A DNA stretch of 33,101 nt. It comes from a virus. Location of the stretch: IMG/VR virus record IMGVR_UViG_3300031555_001322; one strand, 5' to 3'. The notes under the pieces are model-generated. The model worked only from the letters and a program-made list of their open reading frames with translations, did not search any database and was not told the DNA's origin. The translations under genes were made by a program, and so were the position numbers. Positions 17,050 to 26,529 of the stretch are shown piece after piece; within the stretch, counting starts at the first letter, position 1, and every line of letters begins with the position of its first letter.

Positions 17050-18015
17050 TTAACGATTAATTGCAACGACTTGTTTACGCAATTCATCGGTAGGCAACTC
17101 ATTTTGTAGTTCTTTTATTGAACTATTTATTTTGTTGCGTTGTTGATTTAATCTATCAACTTCATCTTGGTTTCCTAATTCCTTTTGTATTCTTATATCA
17201 CTTAATATTTCTTCTTTTCTAAGAGTTAAAACATTTACCTGTTGTCTTATATCATATTCTCTTTCTATTTGTTCTCTATTTATTGTGCTATCAAGAACTA
17301 AATTAGGATTATAAAAAGTTAGTTCGCATTTACAGTTTGGGTGTAATAATTCTTCAGCTCCATCATCTGCTGTTCCTAATAATCTCATACATTCTTCTTT
17401 GCTCATTGCTATGTTTTGATGTTCGGCACAATGAATGCAACTAAAGTTATGACTCGGTATATAGTAATATCCTATATCCATATCATCTCCATCATTTAAT
17501 GTTTGCACCCACCCATTTCTTGTAAGTGTTGTATTATATACCATAGAATTATAAGTGCTAGGCTTAACGAACCTTACTACTTCATTTTGTGCATTTCGAT
17601 AAGCCTTGACATCACTTGTATATTTTGGTACTAACTTTTTTAAATATTCGTCTTTGTTTGTTTTATAACCTAGACTTTCTATTCTTAATATGTATTCTTT
17701 TTCTTTTACTTTTGTAAACAACTTGTTTGTTTTAGGAATAACTGCTAATGCTGCTAGTCCTGCTATTGTTGTTTTTGTTTTGTCTAATTTTTTATTTGTA
17801 TTTTTTTCGTGTAAATAAGCCTGATATTCGAAGATTTGTTCTTCTAGGTATGTCATATCATTTATACCCCATAAAGCCTCTAATTCGGCTTTAAAATACT
17901 CGACAGAACGGTCTTCTTGTAAACACCTAAAAAATAACTCTTTAGATTTGTTTTGTAATTTTGCATATTTCAAGTTTACCTTAAATACACTATCAGCAAT
18001 ACTAAACTTCTTCAT
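17050..18015 (-). CDS. Minor head protein (SPP1 gp7 / Mu F-like)
   Basis: Downstream of portal; IPSHNFSCIHCAEHQNIAMSKEECMRLL...LLHPNCKCELTFY motif. Confidence 0.85.
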   Translation of the reverse strand: MKKFSIADSVFKVNLKYAKLQNKSKELFFRCLQEDRSVEYFKAELEALWGINDMTYLEEQIFEYQAYLHEKNTNKKLDKTKTTIAGLAALAVIPKTNKLFTKVKEKEYILRIESLGYKTNKDEYLKKLVPKYTSDVKAYRNAQNEVVRFVKPSTYNSMVYNTTLTRNGWVQTLNDGDDMDIGYYYIPSHNFSCIHCAEHQNIAMSKEECMRLLGTADDGAEELLHPNCKCELTFYNPNLVLDSTINREQIEREYDIRQQVNVLTLRKEEILSDIRIQKELGNQDEVDRLNQQRNKINSSIKELQNELPTDELRKQVVAINR

Positions 18016-19348
18016 ATACTAATTTTATATCATCTTTCTCTTTATTATATGCTTTTGTTAAATCTTCTGCTGTTGTTTTTTCATCTATTAATTTATTTAA
18101 AATAGGTGTTGTTATTTTGGCTCTTGTTTCATAAGGTATGCTCATTACACCTTGTATAGCTCTTAATGTTGCTATTTTCTTTTGGTCATCTACTTTTTCA
18201 TTATCTCCATAATCCCATACTAGATCACTTGGTATTCTACTATCATCTTCAACACCAATTAATTCTTGTAATTTGATTATGTTTTCTAATAAATGATTTA
18301 CTTGTGGTTCTAGTTGTTTTTTTATTGCTTCTATTGTCATTTCACTTAAGTTCATTGATAAGTCTACACTTGCAACATTTTGATAATTATCTTTTTCATA
18401 TCCAAATGAAGCAGGGCTTAAATTAGCCATTTGAATTATTTGATAATCGCAAAACTTAAATGTATTTATGTAATCATTTACTCTTAAACTTCCTTGTAAA
18501 TATTCAAATACTGAATGTTCTTTATCTCCAGGAAGTAAAGTAAAGAAATCTTGCATACCGTTTACACTTAATGTTTTAACATCGTATGTGTTTGACATTG
18601 GTTGCCATTTATTATAAACATCTCCACTTTGGAAGTGTTGTGTAGTAGCTATTCTTGTTTTTGTCTTTTCTACTTCTTCACATAGTGTGTTGTAAACTTC
18701 CATTTCTTCGTTTAAGAACTTGATACTGTCTTTAAAGAACTCTTGCCCACTATCTATATTTATTAATACTTCGTATGGTAGTTCATAAATCCTTGCATAG
18801 TCAGTGTCAAACTCTTTATTAAATTGTTCTATTGATATTTCAAACCATTTATTACTATCTTTGTCTTTTCTTAATGCTGTTAATGTCAATGTAGTATTAC
18901 CATTTTTCATTTCTATGTGTCTTTTTAATTGATAGTCATAGTCTGGTGTTTCTGTTATATCTTGTATCAAATCACAACTATATACTTTATCATATTTTTG
19001 TACTAGATTGTGTATATCACATCTTTTTATACATTCAAGATATACTTTATTGTCGAACTTATGTATATATATAAAACTTTCTTTTTCATATACTGCTAGT
19101 TCTAATGCTTCGCCTAATGCTGGCATTATCCAATTAATATTAAGTCCTTCTGTTTGTGTCATTAGATCACTACCAAATAATTGGTTTCTAATGTATGTTC
19201 CTATCTTTTTAGCAGATGGAGCTAATACATATCTATCTTCGTCTTTAATATTTGGTTTTCCATTTGTTGTTCCTGGACTTATAACTTTTACCTTAACATT
19301 TATATAAGGTGCTTGTAATGGATTAAAATGTCTTAATTTACCTAACAT
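18002..19348 (-). CDS. Portal protein
   Basis: 448 aa; SLRVNDYINTFKFCDYQIIQMANLSPASFGYEKDNYQNVASVDLSMNLS and position. Confidence 0.85.
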   Translation of the reverse strand: MLGKLRHFNPLQAPYINVKVKVISPGTTNGKPNIKDEDRYVLAPSAKKIGTYIRNQLFGSDLMTQTEGLNINWIMPALGEALELAVYEKESFIYIHKFDNKVYLECIKRCDIHNLVQKYDKVYSCDLIQDITETPDYDYQLKRHIEMKNGNTTLTLTALRKDKDSNKWFEISIEQFNKEFDTDYARIYELPYEVLINIDSGQEFFKDSIKFLNEEMEVYNTLCEEVEKTKTRIATTQHFQSGDVYNKWQPMSNTYDVKTLSVNGMQDFFTLLPGDKEHSVFEYLQGSLRVNDYINTFKFCDYQIIQMANLSPASFGYEKDNYQNVASVDLSMNLSEMTIEAIKKQLEPQVNHLLENIIKLQELIGVEDDSRIPSDLVWDYGDNEKVDDQKKIATLRAIQGVMSIPYETRAKITTPILNKLIDEKTTAEDLTKAYNKEKDDIKLVYEEV

Positions 19349-19358
19349 AGTATTCCTC

Positions 19359-19598
19359 CTATACTTCTACACCTTGTTCCATAATAACTTCCCAATATGT
19401 ATGGCATTTTTTCTCATCATTCTTAATTATTTTATATGGCCTTACTATTATGCCTACTTTGTTATTCCCAAATAATTGCTTTTTGAACCATACTGTTATA
19501 GGATAACTATTTTCTTTTGGTGCAGTATTTTTATCAATTTTAATCGTTTTAATATGTATTCCATTATAATATAAATACATTTTCCATTTTTCTTTCAT
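19359..19598 (-). CDS. Hypothetical protein (79 aa), first gene after the leader/terminator
   Basis: GGAGGTTTAG-ATG; ORF track. Confidence 0.5.
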   Translation of the reverse strand: MKEKWKMYLYYNGIHIKTIKIDKNTAPKENSYPITVWFKKQLFGNNKVGIIVRPYKIIKNDEKKCHTYWEVIMEQGVEV

Positions 19599-19611
19599 CT
19601 AAACCTCCAAC

Positions 19612-19638
19612 AAAAAAAGCACAGGTTCTTCCCTATGC
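19612..19638 (-). terminator. Intrinsic terminator in the leader of the portal operon
   Basis: Minus: GCATAGG-GAAGAA-CCTGTGC-TTTTTTT (7-bp stem with one U-G, U7). Confidence 0.85.
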
Positions 19639-19680
19639 TTCCATTTGCACCTAATAAGGTCAAATACACTGCACTTCTAT
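19619..19680 (-). ncRNA. Predicted ~70-nt small RNA or attenuator leader
   Basis: Predicted +1 near 19680; hairpin ATTTG-ACCT-TATT-AGGT-(G)-CAAAT (19665-19643), then the terminator hairpin. Confidence 0.6.
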
Positions 19681-19686
19681 AATATT

Positions 19687-19715
19687 AATATAGCACAGTT
19701 TTAAAAATATGTCAA
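19687..19715 (-). promoter_or_regulatory. Promoter upstream of the portal operon
   Basis: Minus: TTGACA (19715-19710), 17 bp, TATATT (19692-19687). Confidence 0.8.
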
Positions 19716-19912
19716 TTCTTTTTTTTATTTTCTACAAAAACATAATGATCTTTGTATAATCTATAAGTTTCACTTTCTCTACAATTTTTGCAAGGTACTG
19801 TTATTTCTAGTGGTCTTTCTAGGACTACTCCGTATTTACCCAATAATTCTATTATTTCATCATAATTTATTTCACATAAGAAACGCTTTGTTTTTTTACA
19901 TTTTATTTGCAT
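19712..19912 (-). CDS. Small zinc-ribbon/Com-like protein
   Basis: MQIKCKKTKRFLCEINYDE...ITVPCKNCRESETY with a CxxC pair; GGAGG RBS supports ATG at 19912. Confidence 0.5.
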   Translation of the reverse strand: MQIKCKKTKRFLCEINYDEIIELLGKYGVVLERPLEITVPCKNCRESETYRLYKDHYVFVENKKKN

Positions 19913-19920
19913 ATATCCTC

Positions 19921-21330
19921 CTAAACTATTGGACATCTTCCTGTTAAACTAAACTCCATTATTATGTATCTTGTTCCATCTACATAGTGGTCGAAGTCTT
20001 TTACATAACAGTTTGTACCTTCTTTTTCACTTTTTAATTTGTCATAGTGATAACTTTCTAATTCTTCTAAACCTATATCGTGTCCTGCATATATAGGTTC
20101 TCCATTTATAAAATATCTTATACTTGGCATTTCTACTATCTTCAAAATACCTTTATAAAATAGTGATTGCATTAACTGAACTGATTTATCTACTGTCATA
20201 TTATTTTTTTTGGCTAGTTCGTGTCTTATTCCATCTACTTCTAATCTATTACTAAAGTGTGATGCTTCACTATCTATAACTAATGTATTTACTGGTATAT
20301 GTGGATACTTTGTTTGTAAATAAGTTATAAATGTTTTTAATTGATTACTATAATATTCAGTAGTAGGTGTGTCTCCTTCAGTTTTTGGATCGTGATAGTA
20401 TTTATCTATTAAGATAAGTCCCCATCTTGTTGTCTTTTGATTTTGTGCTAATGCTATTGCACTAAATGTAGTAGCATTTACACTACCATAGTCACAACCT
20501 ATACCAATTTCTCTTACTAAATAATTTTGTAATTCTTCATATGATATTTTTGGTATATCATTGAATACTTTACCTTCTGCTACTACCCATTTATTAAATA
20601 CTTTTTGTTCTCTTAAACTTCCTATTGGAAATGCTTGAACTGCTGCTTTTATTTTTTCTTCTGTATTTAATACTGGATTGTCATACGGATAAAATACATA
20701 TTGTTTCCAATCTCTACCATCTATGTATTCCTTTTTATATGGGTGATTTTGACTTCCTTCTACATTGAAACTATCTATTCTTTTATAGTAAGGGTGTCCT
20801 GAATATGACATCATACGACCAGGTATTTCATCAAAACTATCTCTTAAATTACCAGAAGTGTATATTCTAGCTGCTTCATCTACCCATACGAATATTAATG
20901 GCTTACCAAGTATCTTGTTAAATGATAAATTAGTATTAAATCCAAAGAAGTAAAACTTTATTCCATATATTTCTAAATACTTGTCTTGTTGTCCGTATTT
21001 CAATATAAAGTCTTTTCCATTTTTAAACTTATATTCTTTTTCAAGTATGTTTATTAAGTTATCTACTATATTTGACTTTATTGTATCAGTAGTCCAACCT
21101 ATTATAGCTCCATTATATTCTCTTGGTACATAATCGAGTTTTTTGCGTTGTTCTTTTTCATAATCTCTTAAGTTTGACGCATATTGTATTAATGCTCCAC
21201 ATATATCGTATGTTTTACCACTTTGCGTACTTCCTAGCACACTTATGTTTGGTATATTTGGACTTATTATATCTTTATATAAACTAATTTGTTTCTTCGA
21301 TAATATCATCTGCACTATCTCCTTCTTCAA
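19921..21330 (-). CDS. terL: Terminase large subunit
   Basis: Walker A GSTQSGKT, Walker B FVWVDEA, nuclease-like GCDYGSVNATTFSAIAL, VIDSEASHF. Confidence 0.92.
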   Translation of the reverse strand: MKKEIVQMILSKKQISLYKDIISPNIPNISVLGSTQSGKTYDICGALIQYASNLRDYEKEQRKKLDYVPREYNGAIIGWTTDTIKSNIVDNLINILEKEYKFKNGKDFILKYGQQDKYLEIYGIKFYFFGFNTNLSFNKILGKPLIFVWVDEAARIYTSGNLRDSFDEIPGRMMSYSGHPYYKRIDSFNVEGSQNHPYKKEYIDGRDWKQYVFYPYDNPVLNTEEKIKAAVQAFPIGSLREQKVFNKWVVAEGKVFNDIPKISYEELQNYLVREIGIGCDYGSVNATTFSAIALAQNQKTTRWGLILIDKYYHDPKTEGDTPTTEYYSNQLKTFITYLQTKYPHIPVNTLVIDSEASHFSNRLEVDGIRHELAKKNNMTVDKSVQLMQSLFYKGILKIVEMPSIRYFINGEPIYAGHDIGLEELESYHYDKLKSEKEGTNCYVKDFDHYVDGTRYIIMEFSLTGRCPIV

Positions 21331-21568
21331 GTGCAGTTTCTTCTATATCTAATACATTGTCTATGTTTACAATTATATCTTCTTCTAGTTCTTTTAATTT
21401 CTTTTTATTTTTAGATATCTTTTTAGTTGTTTCTTTTTGACATTCACACCCTTTAATATCTTTTAACACTAATTCATTGTTTTCTAATTGTAGTTTTTCT
21501 TTTTCACTGACAATTCTACCATTGCCACCTTTTATCATATAATTTTTTCCTACTTTTATGAACTCCAT
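21284..21568 (-). CDS. Hypothetical protein (94 aa) overlapping the terL start
   Basis: ORF track; EKEKLQLENNELVLKDIKGCECQKETTKKISK. Confidence 0.4.
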   Translation of the reverse strand: MEFIKVGKNYMIKGGNGRIVSEKEKLQLENNELVLKDIKGCECQKETTKKISKNKKKLKELEEDIIVNIDNVLDIEETALEEGDSADDIIEETN

Positions 21569-21586
21569 TTTATTTCATCTCCTTTT

Positions 21587-21847
21587 TTATATTCCTGCCA
21601 TTATTTTTATATCATAATCGGTTTTTATTGTTCTATCTATGTATACTTTCATTCCAAAAATGTGTGTTATTTCGCTACATAGCCATTGTTCTCTAAACCA
21701 CATTAATTGTTCTTCATTTAACATTATTATATTTGGAAATAAACCATATTTTTTATAGAATAATTCTCTTTTAAATTGAATAACTTTAATAATTTCATAA
21801 TATCTATCTAATTTCTTTGATTTCGACTTCAACATAATCTTTATCAT
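21587..21847 (-). CDS. Hypothetical protein (86 aa)
   Basis: ORF track; operon position. Confidence 0.4.
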   Translation of the reverse strand: MIKIMLKSKSKKLDRYYEIIKVIQFKRELFYKKYGLFPNIIMLNEEQLMWFREQWLCSEITHIFGMKVYIDRTIKTDYDIKIMAGI

Positions 21848-22154
21848 CTCCTATATAAATATGAGTTATTTTAGAAATATATTTGACATTGTCATCTGGT
21901 ATTCTTTTACTTCTCACTAATCCATCTATTATATTTTTTGGTAGTCTACCATCTAAATCACTTGTTTTTGTTTTTATATGCCAATAAAATATTAACTCTA
22001 TTGGAAACTTCTTTATAGGTGGTATCTTAGCAAATGCTAATGCTGATAACATTGTTTCTTGTTGTTTTGTCTTGTTAGCTATATAAAAATTAGTTCTACA
22101 TTCTCTTATATAGTCATTTATACTTTCAAACTTATGATTTATCGTTATTTTCAT
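21804..22154 (-). CDS. RusA-like Holliday junction resolvase
   Basis: KTKTSDLDGRLPKNIIDGLVRSKRIPDDNVKYISKITHIYIGDD; likely start MKITINHKF. Confidence 0.8.
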   Translation of the reverse strand: MKITINHKFESINDYIRECRTNFYIANKTKQQETMLSALAFAKIPPIKKFPIELIFYWHIKTKTSDLDGRLPKNIIDGLVRSKRIPDDNVKYISKITHIYIGDDKDYVEVEIKEIR

Positions 22155-22497
22155 ATAATACTTTCTCCAACCCACTATTGTCTACTATATTTATGTTTAC
22201 ACTTGGTGTTTCACTATTTGTTTCTTCTTGCATTTCTCCTAATAGTTGAAGCATTAATTTAAAGTTTTCTGCTTTACCTTGTACTGCTCCTACCATTAAT
22301 CCTTCAGTTGATAATTCTCTAAATGTTTTACCTTCTATATTTTCTTTTATATTGGGTACTGTATCTAATAACATTTCAAGTGTTTTCTTCATAGTGGCTT
22401 TTTCTCTACGAACTTCCCCTGACCTTTTGCCACCATTCGACTGATCTTCGAGTGTTAGTTTATGTGCTTCTGGTATTAATGTTTTAGGATTTGCCAC
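22132..22497 (-). CDS. Terminase small subunit-like / DUF5681-like protein
   Basis: SNGGKRSGEVRREKATMKKTLEMLLDTVP and position in the packaging region. Confidence 0.5.
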   Translation of the reverse strand: MANPKTLIPEAHKLTLEDQSNGGKRSGEVRREKATMKKTLEMLLDTVPNIKENIEGKTFRELSTEGLMVGAVQGKAENFKLMLQLLGEMQEETNSETPSVNINIVDNSGLEKVLYENNDKS

Positions 22498-22511
22498 TAT
22501 ATATCACTTCC

Positions 22512-22661
22512 TTACTTTCCTTTCTTCTTTGGTGCATATTTAGGTAGTTGTCTATTACCTGTTGCTTTTTCCCATTCAGCTACATTCTTTTTACCACCTA
22601 ATGCTTTTGTTCCTGCTTGTGTATAAGCCCATCTTCTTTGTGCTTCACTTTTAAATGGCAT
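22512..22661 (-). CDS. Small conserved phage protein (49 aa)
   Basis: MPFKSEAQRRWAYTQAGTKALGGKKNVAEWEKATGNRQLPKYAPKKKGK*; FKSEAQRR motif; not in the ORF track. Confidence 0.65.
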   Translation of the reverse strand: MPFKSEAQRRWAYTQAGTKALGGKKNVAEWEKATGNRQLPKYAPKKKGK

Positions 22662-22665
22662 AACA

Positions 22666-23970
22666 TCATCTCCTTTTAATTAGTTTTTTTTTATTCTCAA
22701 AATTGATATATTTTATATTTTGTAGTCCTTTTTCTTTATCCCATACGAATGTTTGATATTTTTGTGTTGTACCTATAAATCTTTCTTCATAATGCCATTG
22801 ATCCGTTGCTGTTGGACTTCCTACCCTTCTTGTTATCATTCCACTATCATCATCTACTACTATTTCTTTATGAAGATGTCCTAAATGTAATTCTCTAAAT
22901 ATTGTTTTACCCCATTCTTGATAAAACTCGGCAGGAATTGATTTAATAAGTCTTTTTAAGTTTACATCTCCGTGTGAAAAGAATATACCACATTTTCCCC
23001 ATATATAACATTGTACATCTTTGTAGTCATTACTAAAGTTTATATTCTTATAGTCTTTAAAATAACAACTTAATGCTGTATATAAGTAAAAACTTGCCAT
23101 TTTATCGTGATTTCCACTTTGTAATCTTACTTCTATATTATTGAACTTATCACTTAAACCTAATATCATTTTTGTATATAATTCTAAACCTATATTAAAT
23201 AGCTTTTGCCATCTTAAATCGTTTGTTTGTGGTGTTCCTTTTGTTGTTGTTGCGTTTACTGTATCGCTATTAAAGAAATCATTACCTACACATATTAAAC
23301 AAGTATCACATTTTTCTGCTTCTTGTTGTTTTATTACTTCTTCATATATTGTATAAAATCTTTCTTGTGCTATATTTTTGTCATAATCTTGTCCTGTTTC
23401 TCCAGCCCAAGACATTTTACCTAAGTGTAATTCCATACCAGTTAATTCTAATAATTTATTTTTATTTAATTCTTTGTTTTCTTTTTTAGGCATTACTTTT
23501 AACGGTTTTATTTCTTTTTTAAATACTTCTTTAGCAACTTCTATGTATTTTTCTACTGGAAGGTTGTATTCAGTTCTTGGTTTTATTTTAGTTCTAATAG
23601 TAGTACATATTCTATTTTTGTCTTCATCTTTTATTGCTACTTCCCATTTACCAAATGTCCAACTTACTATTTCCCAGCTTTCTTTATCATATCCAAACTT
23701 TTCTAATATGGTGTCTGGTGTTTTTTTCTCATTTTTGTCGAACCATATCTTTTTACATAATTCTATTGATCCATCTTTGTTGTATGTTTCATATTCTTCA
23801 TTCTTCTTTTCATTTATATTTGGATTTTCGCAAAGATTGTAATATCTTTTTCTTATTGCTTCAGGTGTTATGGTTGTTTTATATTTTTTGTTTAATTCGT
23901 TTGCTGCTTCTCTCCAAGTAATTTCTCTAATTTTTACTCTTTTTCCTAACTCTAATATCGCATCATTCAT
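22666..23970 (-). CDS. Calcineurin-like metallophosphoesterase with N-terminal HTH-like region
   Basis: CLICVGNDFFNSD, QSGNHDKMA, FFSHGDVNL, ELHLGHLHKE metal-binding motifs. Confidence 0.8.
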   Translation of the reverse strand: MNDAILELGKRVKIREITWREAANELNKKYKTTITPEAIRKRYYNLCENPNINEKKNEEYETYNKDGSIELCKKIWFDKNEKKTPDTILEKFGYDKESWEIVSWTFGKWEVAIKDEDKNRICTTIRTKIKPRTEYNLPVEKYIEVAKEVFKKEIKPLKVMPKKENKELNKNKLLELTGMELHLGKMSWAGETGQDYDKNIAQERFYTIYEEVIKQQEAEKCDTCLICVGNDFFNSDTVNATTTKGTPQTNDLRWQKLFNIGLELYTKMILGLSDKFNNIEVRLQSGNHDKMASFYLYTALSCYFKDYKNINFSNDYKDVQCYIWGKCGIFFSHGDVNLKRLIKSIPAEFYQEWGKTIFRELHLGHLHKEIVVDDDSGMITRRVGSPTATDQWHYEERFIGTTQKYQTFVWDKEKGLQNIKYINFENKKKLIKRR

Positions 23971-23972
23971 TT

Positions 23973-24425
23973 TTATTCCCCTTTTATATAATATCCATAT
24001 AAGTCATTTTTATATAACTCTTTTAGCATTGGATATCTTTCAAGCACATTGACAGGTGTTAAATCAGGTTGTTTATGTATTTCATATATGTTGTCTTCTA
24101 CTATTCCTTGTTCTAATTCATAAGGAACTGCTACTATCATTTCTTTACAATGATCGTAAGCATATTTTAAGACTTCTTGTGCTTCTTTTATATCTAGGTG
24201 TTCTATTATATCTCCAAATATGATAATATCGTAATTTGAGTATTTAAAGTCTTTTATATCTATATTATATACTTCTACTGCGTCTATTACTTTAAAATAT
24301 CTATGTAATAATTTCCAATATATTCCTTCCCCTGCTCCTACATCTAATACTTTAGCATTGCCTTTAAATCTTTCTATAAGATAATTTTTAATATCTTCTT
24401 TATAATATTCATAAGAAAACGCCAT
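23973..24425 (-). CDS. Class I SAM-dependent methyltransferase-like protein
   Basis: VLDVGAGEGIYWKLL, YDIIIFGDIIEHLDIKEAQEVL. Confidence 0.75.
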   Translation of the reverse strand: MAFSYEYYKEDIKNYLIERFKGNAKVLDVGAGEGIYWKLLHRYFKVIDAVEVYNIDIKDFKYSNYDIIIFGDIIEHLDIKEAQEVLKYAYDHCKEMIVAVPYELEQGIVEDNIYEIHKQPDLTPVNVLERYPMLKELYKNDLYGYYIKGE

Positions 24426-25453
24426 TATATCACCTCAATACAGCCCAGTGCTTCAAATACACTTGCTCTTGCTTTTGTCAACTGTCCTGTTTCTTTTTTC
24501 TTCCAATGTTTTCCTGTTTGTATATCCCACATTGGTCTTGTACATATAACATTTACAAGTTCTTCTGGATTATATGTTTTTTCTCTGCTTAAATATTTGT
24601 CCCAATTAGATTTTGGTGGTGTATATGTGAACTTCATATTGTTTTCGATTATCATATCTATATCTACATTATTCATTCCCATATCACATATAATTGCATT
24701 TTCTCCGTGTTTACAGCCTATTTCTTTAAATGCTTCTAAATCAGTTATTATAACTGGTGTTCCTAGTATAAGACTTTCACATACTGATAAACCAAAACTT
24801 TCACAATCACTTAATTGAACTAAATAAGAACTTTTTTCTATTTCATCATATATATCTAATTGCTGGTCTTTTAATATTACATTAGGACTACTTATTTGGG
24901 TTTTTGCTTTTCTTACTTTGTTTGTATATATAGTCCATTTGTAATTTACACCTGCATTGTCTAATAATTTAGATAATTTGATTATTCTTGATAATCCTTT
25001 TTCACTTGTCAATCTTGTTGCACTTATTAGATTTAAACCATCGTATTTTTTAAGTCCTTTTTTCTTTATTGGTACTGGATTATATATTAATTCTTCTTTA
25101 TGCCCTGTTATTTTTTCAAAACCATAACAAGCTACTTTTGATACTCCTATATATTTCCACCCTTCTTGATAACTTGTACCAAACCCGACATTTAATGGAT
25201 CATAATGTGTTATATGATATTTTTCTTTTGTTGTTGTACTTGCTGTAAAGCTATAATTACTAAATAATCTATCACATTCAATAGGTTCTCCATTATATTT
25301 GTGTACTTCTATATTCTTGGCTAATCTTTCTATTTGTTTTGTATCTCCTTCTGTATAGTAAACTGTTATGTCATATAACTTTGATAGATAATAGAAAAAA
25401 CTTTCAACTCCTCCTATACTGGATATCTTGTGCATATAAAATACATTTTTCAT
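24425..25453 (-). CDS. GT4-family glycosyltransferase
   Basis: IGGVESFFYYLSKLY; C-terminal SDCESFGLSVCESLILGTPVIITD. Confidence 0.85.
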   Translation of the reverse strand: MKNVFYMHKISSIGGVESFFYYLSKLYDITVYYTEGDTKQIERLAKNIEVHKYNGEPIECDRLFSNYSFTASTTTKEKYHITHYDPLNVGFGTSYQEGWKYIGVSKVACYGFEKITGHKEELIYNPVPIKKKGLKKYDGLNLISATRLTSEKGLSRIIKLSKLLDNAGVNYKWTIYTNKVRKAKTQISSPNVILKDQQLDIYDEIEKSSYLVQLSDCESFGLSVCESLILGTPVIITDLEAFKEIGCKHGENAIICDMGMNNVDIDMIIENNMKFTYTPPKSNWDKYLSREKTYNPEELVNVICTRPMWDIQTGKHWKKKETGQLTKARASVFEALGCIEVI

Positions 25454-26250
25454 TGCCTTACATTCCTTCCATTAATTAATCCAAGTATATCTCCTCTACG
25501 AATTATATCTTCATAGTTTCTTATTCTAAATTGTCTTTGTTCTTCACAATAATCGTGTTTACATCTTAAATCTAATAAATCAGCCATATTTCTATATACA
25601 CTTGAATATCTTTTACTATTTTTATCATATTTAGCATTATCGCTTGAAATTGCATTTTCATTAGCTCTATTCCATACTATTACTGGTATTGGACAATAAC
25701 CTATTGTTTCTATTACATCTATTTGTGCTATATGTTGTACTACATCTTCTAATAAACTATTTTCTGGAAAGTCAATATATAGTTCTTTTTTTATACACTT
25801 AGTCCACGGTGCTACAAATACAGTATTGGCTAATTCTCTTAATGTTTGTTCGTGCAACATTACTCTACCTTTTGCTTTACCTGTATATGCCTGATAAGGT
25901 AATCTTATTAAATCTGCGTGTGTTCTTTCTATTTCTTTTGCTATTGCTTTTAAACATTCATTTGAATAAAACCAATCATCACAGTCCATAAATATTATAT
26001 ATTCTTTTGTTGCATTTTTTACACCTATATTTCTTGAACCACCGTTATATGCTTTATGATCTAGCTTTATTATTTTCATTTTTTCATTTTTATATTTTTC
26101 TATTATATCTAATGATTTGTCTGTGCTCATATCGTCAACTATAATTAATTCGTAATCTTGGTATGTTTGATTAAATATACTTTCTAATGTTTTTGCTATC
26201 CATTTTTCACTATTATAATTTGCTATTATTATTGAAAACATAAAAAACAC
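25450..26250 (-). CDS. GT2-family glycosyltransferase
   Basis: FSIIIANYNSEKWIAKTLESIFNQTYQDYELIIVDDMSTDKS...GGSRNIGVKNATKEYIIFMDCDDWF. Confidence 0.92.
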   Translation of the reverse strand: MFFMFSIIIANYNSEKWIAKTLESIFNQTYQDYELIIVDDMSTDKSLDIIEKYKNEKMKIIKLDHKAYNGGSRNIGVKNATKEYIIFMDCDDWFYSNECLKAIAKEIERTHADLIRLPYQAYTGKAKGRVMLHEQTLRELANTVFVAPWTKCIKKELYIDFPENSLLEDVVQHIAQIDVIETIGYCPIPVIVWNRANENAISSDNAKYDKNSKRYSSVYRNMADLLDLRCKHDYCEEQRQFRIRNYEDIIRRGDILGLINGRNVRQ

Positions 26251-26334
26251 CTACTTTTTGTTTCCTATATAGGCTAGCCCTATTATAGTTATGCAAATAA
26301 TAAGTGTTATTAAAACTCCATCACTCATATACAT
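26251..26334 (-). CDS. 27-aa hydrophobic peptide
   Basis: GGAGGT-ATG; MYMSDGVLITLIICITIIGLAYIGNKK*; one TM segment. Confidence 0.4.
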   Translation of the reverse strand: MYMSDGVLITLIICITIIGLAYIGNKK

Positions 26335-26417
26335 ACCTCCGTTTTAGATACTGCTGAACCCTCTACTAAGCAATATATCGTATCTATCATAGTTCCCTTT
26401 TATTCTCCCATTTGCTT

Positions 26418-26523
26418 ATTATAAGCACCATTAGAATAGATATAAGTTTTATGTGTTCCCACAACAGTTTCCCAACATTATTTTAAGGTCTATATATCTA
26501 CTCTAATGATACCTATAATGGTA
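26418..26523 (-). ncRNA. Structured RNA element, copy B (same topology as copy A)
   Basis: Minus RNA: TACC (26523-26520)/GGTA (26513-26510) with loop ATTATA (26519-26514); long stem CATTAGAGTAGATAT (26508-26494) / ATATCTATTCTAATG (26443-26429); GTGCT; then TATAAT (26423-26418), complementary to the loop. Confidence 0.7.
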
Positions 26524-26529
26524 GCTGTT

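Noticed and set aside
19008-19307. Plus-strand ORF opposite the portal gene
   Set aside because: Antisense to a strongly supported gene.
26341-26400. Second hairpin after copy B (GATAC...GTATC with GCT/AGC)
   Set aside because: Noted as possible extra structure, but the arms are short and nothing comparable follows copy A.
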